64,000 bases of DNA from Macrostomum lignano (Eukaryota), in assembly GCA_002269645.1 (NCBI GenBank), contig NIVC01000200.1, positions 729,167 to 793,166 of the forward strand, written 5' to 3'. Of the stretch, positions 23,839-33,586 are shown in pieces (the stretch's first letter is position 1; every line of letters begins with the position of its first letter). Under the pieces are notes generated by a model that made no database searches, was not told the origin of the DNA, and saw nothing but the letters and a program-made list of their open reading frames with translations. The translations under genes were made by a program, and so were the position numbers.

Positions 23839-24809
23839 CAGGGGCGTCGCCATATGGACTTTATGGTGGGGGGGCAAAGCCAAGAATTCTACATGTACAG
23901 TGTACATGTACATTATTTTCAGAATCAGTGTTATCAGCGCTCATTTGGGCTCCGCAGGCTCTCATTTTGGTGCCACAGGCACTGATTTTAGCACCGCAGG
24001 CTCTCATTTTGGTGCCACAGGCACTCATTTTGGTGCCACAGGCACTCATTTTGGCGCCGCAGGCTCTCATTTTGGTGCCACAGGCACTGATTTTAGCGCC
24101 GCAGGCACTCATTTTGGCGCCGCAGGCACTCATTTTGGCGCCGCAGGCACTCATTTTGGCGCCGCAGGCACTCATTTTGGCGCCACAGGCACTCATTTTC
24201 TATGGCGCCGCAGGCACTGATTTTGGTGCCACAGGCACTCATTTTCTATGGCGCCGCAGGCACTGATGTTGGTGCCACAGGCACTCATTTTCTATGGCGC
24301 CGCAGGCACTGATTTTGGTGCCACAGGCACTCATTTTCTATGGCGCCGCAGGCACTGATGTTGGTGCCACAGGCACTCATTTTCTATGGCGCCGCAGGCA
24401 CTGATTTTGGTGCCACAGGCACTCATTTTCTATGGCGCCGCAGGCACTGATTTTGGTGCCACAGGCACTCATTTTCTATGGCGCCGCAGGCACTCATTTT
24501 GGCGCCGCAGGCACTGATTTTGGCGCCGCAGGCACTCCTTTTGGTGCCATATGCCCTCATTTTAGCGCCCCAGGCACTCATTTTAGCGCCCCAGGCACTC
24601 CTTTTGGCGCCGCAGGCACTCATTTTGGCGCCGCAGGTACTCATTTTGGCGCCGCAGGTACTATATTTTGCCACCCTGAAGCAAAATTTATTTCCATAAC
24701 GGGTCACAAAGTTGGGTGGGTGGGGTGGGCAAAGCATTGGCATGTCCCCCATAGTTTTTACTGGGGGGACATGTTCCCCTTGTCCCCACCCCCGGTGGCG
24801 ACGCCCCTT
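23839..24809. mobile_element. hAT-type MITE (971 bp) carrying an internal 21-bp minisatellite
   Basis: TIR CAGGGGCGTCGCCA (23839-52) / TGGCGACGCCCCTT (24796-809), 13/14 match. 8-bp TSD ATCGGGCG / ATCGGGCA, 7/8 match. No coding capacity. Confidence 0.8.
23940..24665. repeat. 21-bp minisatellite (GGCACTCATTTTGGCGCCGCA)n with a central 46-bp (21+25) higher-order dimer
   Basis: Directly visible inside the MITE. Confidence 0.95.
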
Positions 24810-24926
24810 ATCGGGCAACACAACGCATACTTATCCCAATAACCCAACTTGTTGGCCAGCTAGTAGCTTGTAAAGCTCGTAGTTACCGACTCTAAAATTA
24901 TCTCCAACAACCCCCGTCTCTCCCAG

Positions 24927-26069
24927 AGCGCCGTCCGCTACAACCTGACCCTCAATCGTTGCTTCCAACGCGTACCTCGACGCAAAGACGAAGCGGCCAG
25001 CCGTGGTGGCAGCGGAAGCGCCGGCAGTTGCGGCGGCTACTGGCGCCTGAATCCAGACTACACTGGCCAGTTTGAGCTGGCTAATGCGCAGCAGCAGCAG
25101 TACCAGCATCATCAGGTGTCGCCTTCATCTCACGGATTGTTAAAGCGTCAACGCTCAACGCAGCCTCAGCATCATCATCAGCTGCCGCCACCGCCATTGC
25201 ATCTTTTCGATTCGCCTCTTGTAAACGGCGGCGCCGGTTTCCATGGCACCAACAATCGACGGCATCACAGTCACGATGAACAAACTGACGAGTCGCCGTT
25301 GCTAAGCGACCACCCGGCGGCGGCAAAGCTGAGGCGAATCCAGGATGAGAGCAGATTTGGCAACGGAAGAAGCGTCGATGCGGACAGCGGCGGCAGACAC
25401 GACTCCAGCGGTCACTGGGTGTCCATGGCTCTAAGCGGCGGCCCTGTGGAGACTCGAGTCCGCGACCCGACCCTGACGGCTCAGCCGGCTTCAACAGCGG
25501 CAGCAGCTGCCGCAGCCTCTGCCGCCGCCGCCGCAGCCACGGCCGTCTCTGTAGCGGCGACAACGGCAGCCGCAGCGGCGGCCTCCGTCGCGGTTTCCAC
25601 TCTGACAGCATCGTCAGTTTCACTGACGCCAGGCAAAGACTCTACAGCGGCCACCGCCGTGTCGAACGTTGGCGCCGACTCTCTCGTAGCTCTACCAGGC
25701 GGCATCATCGGCGTCGGAGATCTCGACGAAGACGAGCGCTGGCTGTTTGAACCGGATGACGACGCTGTACTGGCTGACCCGACGCCGGCGCTTGACATGT
25801 CGAATCCCGACAGCTTGCTGGATTTGACGCTGCACGGCATGGCCCTGCCGCCGCCCAGCTGGTGGCTCACCAACGGGTCCAACCACGGTGGCATGGGTGA
25901 TCAGCATCAGCAGCATCAGAATCCTGCCAGTTTGAATGGCTCTTTGAACGGCCTCATGATCGGCCTGCCGAGCACTCCGTCCCCCATTATGCAGCACGAG
26001 CAGGACGAATGGATCGACGAGAATTTTGTCGGGGCTGTTGGTTCGCTTGACAACTTGCTGGGTATTTAA
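24927..26069 (+). CDS. foxJ1: FoxJ1-like forkhead transcription factor, exon 3 (C-half of the forkhead domain and a long C-terminal region, stop TAA)
   Basis: Acceptor CCCCCGTCTCTCCCAG|AGC, in frame with ORF 25116-26069. SAVRYNLTLNRCFQRVPRRKDE...GGYWRLNPDY matches FoxJ1 [35 protein letters not shown]. Confidence 0.9.
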   Translation, partial: SAVRYNLTLNRCFQRVPRRKDEAASRGGSGSAGSCGGYWRLNPDYTGQFELANAQQQQYQHHQVSPSSHGLLKRQRSTQPQHHHQLPPPPLHLFDSPLVNGGAGFHGTNNRRHHSHDEQTDESPLLSDHPAAAKLRRIQDESRFGNGRSVDADSGGRHDSSGHWVSMALSGGPVETRVRDPTLTAQPASTAAAAAAASAAAAAATAVSVAATTAAAAAASVAVSTLTASSVSLTPGKDSTAATAVSNVGADSLVALPGGIIGVGDLDEDERWLFEPDDDAVLADPTPALDMSNPDSLLDLTLHGMALPPPSWWLTNGSNHGGMGDQHQQHQNPASLNGSLNGLMIGLPSTPSPIMQHEQDEWIDENFVGAVGSLDNLLGI

Positions 26070-29000
26070 TGGGATTATTGGGATCTATTTTGGATTTGAA
26101 AGCAAGTTTTTAAACTAAATGAATTCTTGCTCGCTAACAAGTGTTTTTTACCATAGACATTAACAATTTGCACGCTCCAGGGTGATGATTCTGCCAGAGA
26201 CGAATTTAATCGCAGTTTTCAACATTCGATGTCTATGGCCCAAAGTGCAGGTTGCTATTTATAGAACTAAGTAGAATAGAATTAGATTGCAGTTTTGGCA
26301 AACTATAATACTTAGCAAAAAGTGTAAAACAAAATGTTGCATGTATTTTACATTAACTTTACTAAAAAAGTCGTTATAGCCTTGACAGTGAAATGTGTAT
26401 AATTAGTAAAACTTCCTCCGCCCTTCATTGATTTTTTTGTTGTATTTTGTTTTAATTTTTGAGTCTTCCTCTTACGCTTTGCTTTCTTGGATTTTCTGTT
26501 TTCCTATGAATCGTCTGTTTTGCAGATTTTCTAAGCCCATATAGCTTGTGTTGGTGCCTTTTGATGACTGAAACTTGATGTTCTTTCTCTGTTGTTTTCT
26601 GGTTTCTTTTATCAGTAAAACACTTAATGCTGTACTGCTCCTTTTGTTGTAGAAGAACAGTAGTATATACAAGTAGTATGTAGTAGCTATAGCTATTAGC
26701 ATTGTTTAGTAGATCTTTACTCGATTTAACATCGCTGTGTTGCCTTATCTATTTTGTTTTTAAACTTTTATCTTTTACCTCGGAGTGCCTCAGATTTAAC
26801 ATCTTCTCCTCAGTTTCCTACTCTTATGAGTAGGCTAGTATTGTACATTTACTCTATTAATTAAAATGTGATAAAACAGTCGAAGTCTATACTCAACGCT
26901 CCGTCCATTTTCAAGCGCTTATATAGTTTTTTCTTCTTTTTTTCTAATTTACTGTTTGTGCATGTGATGCAATTAATAATATCATTGTTTAAATATTTTG
27001 AATAATATTTAATAGCTTTTAAACGTACTATTGCGTAATATTATATTTGATCTGATATTACAATTTAAACAAATTTCAAATCCGTCCAATTTTTGTCTGC
27101 AATCGATAAAATTTTAAGTCTGAATGTATAAACGCTTAACGCTACACTCGATGTGCTGTCCATTTTCAAGCGCTTGTATAACGCTTTTCTTTTAATTTTG
27201 TTTTCTGTCTGTGATGCAAAGAATTATACTGTTTATTTAAATACTTCCCACTGATGTTTAAATATTATTGTTTTAATTCGTATTGGTAAAATGTTGCTAA
27301 TATATACAAAAATTTTATTTTTACATTCTATTCAATTTCCGTCCGTGATCAGAGTAAAATATGTACGATAATGTAAATGCCATCAAAATAGATATTTTTT
27401 CAGAGATAGTTCTCCAGCAGTTTCAATTGGTTTTAGAGAGCTTTAGAATTATCCTAAACGAATTTTCTCTCCTGGAGAGAGTTTATAGTTTTTTGTGAAT
27501 GCGAATCAGATGAAAATTCTGATTAGATTTATGATATGGCAATATTATGCATCTTTTGTTCTATATGTTTGCAACAAAAAGCGAAGCTGAAATTTTTGTT
27601 TTAATTATTTGAGCTTTCTCAAACAATTTTAATTTCAAATACTCCTTGTTTTTATAGCTGTGTATAAAAATGGTAGATAGACATTTTTTGTTTTTCTAAT
27701 ATGAGCGTGTCTATCCAATCTATTGTTAACTTTCTCCAGATTCACCCGCCCACCCCGCAGTCAGAATAATGAATGCGAAAATCAGACGCAAAATTAATAA
27801 TGAAAGTCATTGAATGACTTTGATAGTTTTGTAATTGAATTACTATGCTTTTGAAAAAATAATCTGTTTTAATCATTGATTTTTATGCATATATTAATTT
27901 TAACGTCAAAGGTTAATGAAAGTTAAAGGACGTACGTGTGCGAGGGAGGAAAACCGAGGGGTAGATTCAAGGACTTGGTGAGAGCGAAAGAAGTGCAATA
28001 CTTTTCATGACCCATTACCCTTTGATTTGAGTTGGCACCAATTCATTTGAGAGTAGAGAGGCACCAGCACCGGGGGCTTTAGCAGGACCAAGGGGCGCCA
28101 GCATAAAGGGGCCGCGGCCTCCCTTGCCCAAGACCTCTAAACTATAGACTTGTATGCTTATATAGTCGTACGAACTCACCCAGCTCAGCAACCAGGTAAA
28201 ACTGTTAATACTCGTAAGAATAAAGAAAAAGCCGACTGTGTGCAAGCTGCAGGAGCAGAACATGGTAGACTTCTAGATGAGGTTAATCAACTCAAGATGC
28301 ATATGCTAGCTATCCAGAAGCAATTCTCGAGACTGCAAGCAAGTCAACCCCCCCCCCCCCCAAAATATGCATTTGATATGCAGTTACAATCAAAAAGTTT
28401 TGATCGGGTAAATCTCTTTTTTTAAGACTTACATATTTACTAAGCATTGGGGAGGCAATGCAGACAAAATCTGCCGCGTGGCGAGTGTATAGCTAGTCTA
28501 TTGCAGCGGGGAATAACTCACGGCAGATTCTCTACTAGCGAAACGTACTGCAGGGTACGTGGGACAGACAAGGGGTCAACTAATTAAGTTATTTTAATTT
28601 ATTACTCTCGAAAGTACATGTAAGAGTATTTTCTGGCATGGTGGGGTTTTAGCAATAAGAGTGCTTGCTTATACTACTAGCATTATAAGATCCTACTGAC
28701 TAAGAAGTATCAAATTATTGCACTTGAAAATGCCTAGAAAGAATTACATCGTTCTTGGAAATCTGTTTGAGATAAGAAACCGCGCACTTGTCAAGACTAC
28801 GGAAGAATTTCTACAGAATTCCCCTAATCCTGAAGCGCTCGGTTGAAATCTCTGCTATCTCATCTGCATCATCGCAAATGCATGCGCGTCGATGCCTCCA
28901 CCACGCGGCGTCCCCTGTCGATCTGGATACGGACGACTTGACGTTGAATCATCCCAGTGAGGAAGTGATTCAACCGGCGTGAAAATGGATTTTGTCGAAC

Positions 29001-29771
29001 TAAAGCCACTCTGATGTCATGCTTCAGCCAGGTGTCGGTGACAACGAATCCATGCTGTCACTCGCGTCTGCGACAGTCACTCCTTGGCCAACTCCAGCGA
29101 GCACCCAGTTGACAAATCTCATTCAAGTCGAGGCCAGTCAGCTAGTGGACGCTGTACTGTTCGTACCGCTTGACAACCTCCGGAATCGAGGCGCTACTCA
29201 TTTTGCCACTACGATCGCTTCCACATCTGACTAAACATGCATGGGGGCGTTGGCCTGCGCCGATCTGCTGCCGTGTAACGGGCTGGGAATTTGACTCCGT
29301 CGGCTTAGTACTGATACTGCTGTTCGACTTGACGCAGTACTTTCTGCTGAGCTCTTGGTGTAGTGCGGCTTCGGAGCCCTGTTCGTCGCAATGTTTGCCT
29401 ATCTGGCTGATACAAGTCGCAATTAAGACCGCGATACTGCAATGAGGGCTTCGTTGAGGTTACCTTCGGCTTAGCTGGTGTTGTTATCGAGCTGATACTG
29501 ATTTAGTTGACAAACGTACGGCGCCGGTGATGAAAGCGAATCTCGAACAAGACTCTGCTTCTGCCCTACAGCAACATCGCTGGCCTGTTTCATAGCAATA
29601 CTCGTCTGTCCTTAACACTGGCTCTACATACTATTTGCCTCATTTTGGCATCTACAGCGCAAGCCTCATTGGCTCGTCAGTATAGTTAACAGTCTACCAA
29701 ATGAACTAACCGTTCTGTCTGGATTCCGTGTTCATTGAATTGGCTACTTGTTGGAAGCGAGCTCAAGTAGC

Positions 29772-30727
29772 TCCCTGTCTCTTGGTCGGCGTCCCTGTCT
29801 CTTGGTCGGCCCGGCCCTGTCCCTGGTCGGCGCGGCCCTGACTCTTGGTCGGCGCGGCCCTGTCCCTGGTCGGCGCGGCCCTGACTCTTGGTCGGCGCGG
29901 CCCCGTCCCTGGTCGGCGCGGCCCTGACTCTTGGTCGGCGCGGCCCTGTCCCTGGTCGGCGCGGCCCTGACTCTTGGTCGGCGCGGCCCCGTCCCTGGTC
30001 GGCGCGGCCCTGACTCTTGGTCGGCGTGGCCCTGTCCCTGGTCGGCGCGGTCCTGTCCCTGGTCGGCGCGACCCTGTCCCTGGTCGGCGCGGCCCTGACT
30101 CTTGGTCGGCGCGGCCCCGTCCCTGGTCGGCGCGGCCCTGACACTTGATCGGCGCGGCCCTGACACTTGGTCGGCGCGGCCCTGACACTTGGTCGGCGCG
30201 GCCCTGACACTTGGTCGGCGCGGTCCTGTCCCTGGTCGGCGCGGTCCTGTCCCTGGTCGGCGCGGTCCTGTCCCTGGTCGGCACAATCCTGTCCCTGGTC
30301 GGCACAATCCTGTCCCTGGTCGGCACAATCCTGTCCCTGGTCGGCACAATCCTGTCCCTGGTCGGCACAATCCTGTCCCTGGTCGGCACAATCCTGTCCC
30401 TGGTCGGCGCGGCCCTGACTCTTTGTCGGTAACCCCTGTGTCCTGGTCGGCAACCCCTGTGTCCTGGTCGGCAACCCCTGTGTCCTGGTCGGCAACCCCT
30501 GTGTCCTGGTCGGCAACCCCTGTGTCCTGGTCGGCAACCCCTGTCTCCTGGTCGGCAACCTCTGTCTCCTGGTCGGCAATCCCTGTCTCCTGGTCGGCAA
30601 CCCCTGTCTCCTGGTCGGCAACCTCTGTCTCCTGGTCGGCAATCCCTGTCTCCTGGTCGGCAACCTCTGTCTCCTGGTCGGCAATCCCTGTGTCCTGGTC
30701 GGCGCGGCCCTGACTCTTGGTCGGCGC
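29772..30727. repeat. Multi-block GC-rich minisatellite of related 20-21-bp units (core TGGTCGGC)
   Basis: Successive homogeneous blocks, e.g. CTCTTGGTCGGCGCGGCCCTGA, ACAATCCTGTCCCTGGTCGGC, AACCCCTGTGTCCTGGTCGGC. Confidence 0.96.
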
Positions 30728-31382
30728 CCCTACCCCCCCCCTCTTTGAGCCGGTGAATGTCATGTCCAACAGTCATATGCAATAGGTTGAGCTTCCTTTA
30801 TTCTTCGAGCTTACGAGTACATGTACATGATGGTTTTTAGGTTTTGGGTCAAAATTCCACAAAAAACTTTTTAGGCACAATTTCGTGAAAATCGTGCACT
30901 CGCGAAGACCGACTAATCTCTCGCTGAAATATGTTTTAGCATTAGTGTATGATATTTTTTCCGAGTTTGTTTCCTAAATTTGTCTACAAGCAGTATGCTA
31001 CATTGCAGTAGTGTTTTCTTCTAAACAGTTGAATTTTTGCAACGATTTTTTTGGCATTATATTTCAATGAATTTCGTCATAGATCAATACGGGCAAAGAA
31101 AATCCGTCTACAGACGTTCTTTGGTTATAGCAGCTGTTTGCTTAAGTTCGTATTGTTTTTGCTGCTAAACGACAGCAACGATCGTTCCGTTTTATTTTGT
31201 TATACGTGCACATGGACGACTAAGCCATACTGCACTATAGTAGCAGAGTGTTGCAATATTTGCAGAGACGTGTACATGTATGCTCAAAAAAGATGGTGCA
31301 GTAAATACCGTAGTACTTGAAAGTATACCACAAACTAGCACGCAAAAAAATTTTTCCAAGAAATCTCACTCGTATTTTTTTT

Positions 31383-31838
31383 CGCTTTCGGAAGTCTGCT
31401 TCCGTTTTTCGGGGGTTTGCTTTCGGCTTTCGGGGGTTTGCTTTCGGCTTTCGGGGGTTTGCTTCCGGCTTTCGGGGGTTAATTTGCTTTCGGCTTTCGG
31501 GGGTTTGCTTTCGGCTTTCGGTGGTTTGCTTTCGGCTTTCGGTGGTTTGCCTTCGGCTTTCGGTGGTTTGCCTTCGGCTTTCGGGGGTTTGCTTTCGGCT
31601 TTCGGTGGTTTGCCTTCGGCTTTCGGTGGTTTGCTTTCGGCTTTCGGTGGTTTGCCTTCGGCCTTCGGTGGTTTGCCTTTGGCTTTCGGGGGTTTGCTTT
31701 CGGCTTTCGGTGGTTTGCTTTCGGCTTTCGCGGTGGTTTGCTTTCGGCTTTCGGTGGTTTTTTTGCCTTCGGCTTTTGGGGGTTTGCTTTCGGCTTTCGG
31801 GGTTTTGCTTTCGGCTTTCGGTGGTTTGCTTTTGGCTT
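31383..31838. repeat. Degenerate 21-bp minisatellite (GCTTTCGGCTTTCGGTGGTTT)n
   Basis: Directly visible. Confidence 0.94.
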
Positions 31839-32393
31839 TCGAGCGCTTGCTTGTTATTATCGGGTCTTTCGGGAACCTGCGCTTAATCAAGTCATCAGCG
31901 CTAGTAGCCACTGATATGCAGCAAACAGTCAGCCCGACGACAAGCAGAAACAGTGCTATCCTGATATACACTTAATTTGCTAATTTAGGCTTGAAACAGA
32001 CAAATAGAAACCTGAGAATCTCGAAGGTATACGGCCGTAGATCAGCTGCAAACGGTTGTGAGTTACGAAGTTGTGAAATGGAACCGAGCTATTTAGTTGA
32101 TATAGTTCTGAAATAGTCCATTGCGCAGAGCTGCCACGTGGAAGTTAGGGAAAAACGTAACTTTAATGCAAATTTCTTGCAATCCTAGGTGATTCTCTGC
32201 CTTCGAGCAAAAGAAATGTATGAAAAAATAGCAGAAAAAATGAAAGTAGGGTATTCTGTAAATTTTTCAAACAGCATTAACTCAGCATACATTTTCGTGG
32301 CTAAAATTTTTAAAATATTGAATTCGAAGTTTAGGGATTTCGACTTGGCAGTTCCATACAATGTTATAAATAAAAATAAATTGTCTCTCTACA

Positions 32394-32440
<47 letters not shown>

Positions 32441-32505
32441 GTGTGTGTCTGTCTGTGTCTGTGTCTGTCTGTTTGTCTGTCTTGTGTGTCCGTCTGTCTC
32501 TGTCT
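32394..32505. repeat. (GTCT)n/(GT)n microsatellite
   Basis: Directly visible. Confidence 0.93.
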
Positions 32506-33186
32506 TTGTAAGAAGGATCCTACTGCAAGGATTTACTTTTCGGACTTATAAGAATTTTTTGCAGTTTATTAGAATTTTTAACAAATACATCTACACTGAG
32601 TTTTTGCCTACTTTTCAGTTAAGCTTTTTTTAATCTCAAAACAATAAGGTTATTTTTTTTCATTAGGAAACCCTAGCGACGGTAATAACGATTGACTAAT
32701 TTAGTCATTAACGATTGGCTGTTTATTATTTTTGCGCAAGTTTAAACGCGAAATTTAGAAACTAGTTCAAGTACTAAACATGGATGATGGATCCAGGCTT
32801 AACGAATAAGCTCCACAATTAGGCCTGATCATGATAATTTGTTGCTTTTGCATACATATACCTGATGCTATAGTATCATATCATTTTAGTTAGTCATTTA
32901 TAGTAATTTCTATATTGCTTTTCTAGGGCCTTACTAGGGCCTATTGTCTGATTCAGTAATTGTTGATGGATGTAACTTGTCTAGTGTCTAGTGCTTTTCC
33001 TAGGGGGGCTATATGACTATATAATCCTTTTTAACCTATGTTATTATTAGAAGGGACATGGGGGATAGCATTGTGCATTGACTTTCCTATCTGTCAACAG
33101 ATAAAGTAGGTAGGTAGACCCTAGGGCTAGACTCTGAGCCTATTGTATACTTATGCAGATTTAGGCCTATTAGACATTATTGCCAT

Positions 33187-33586
33187 TAGAGGTTAGACTG
33201 AATCCTGATCCCAATCTTGAATCCTTGGGATCCCAAGGAAAATTGGATTCCTGCGGGATTGGGATCCCAACCTTAAAAAAGGGAATCATGAATAGGTATT
33301 TTGGTTCAAAATTTATAGAGTTGATAATTGGTTGAATGCATTTTGTTTTACTTGTACTCATTATATTGTTACAATCCTTTGGTTAGGCCCCTATAAAACT
33401 TTGCATCATTCTTTCATGTTTTATCTCTTGATTTTAACAATAACATTGTTTATTCAACTTTGTTAGCAAATGCTGCTTGTAGGCCTAATATTTTAAAGAC
33501 CTGATCCCAATCTTGATGCCAAAAAATTTTTTTCCCAATCCCAATCTAGCAATCCCATCCAATGATTTTAATCCGTCCAACCTCTA
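33187..33586. mobile_element. hAT-type MITE, 400 bp
   Basis: TIR TAGAGGTTAGAC / GTCCAACCTCTA (11/12). 8-bp TSD ATTGCCAT (33179-86) / ATTGCTAT (33587-94). Subterminal ATCCC/GGGAT repeats. Confidence 0.78.

Noticed and set aside
22468-24842. SEGSDAV, APQALIL and MSACGAK repeat ORFs
   Set aside because: Frames of 21-bp intronic minisatellites; open in several frames at once, with no splice support.
25237-25250. X-box-like GTTTCCATGGCACC in FoxJ1-like exon 3
   Set aside because: The mismatch is in the critical AAC half-site and it lies within coding sequence; chance is likely.
28150-28425. 91-aa ORF with a short coiled-coil and poly-Pro (gag-like?)
   Set aside because: No zinc knuckle, LTR or pol nearby; too short to support.
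31280-31975. AESKPPK and RLSVVCF repeat ORFs (histone H1-like look)
   Set aside because: Translations of the 21-bp GCTTTCG minisatellite, open on both strands.
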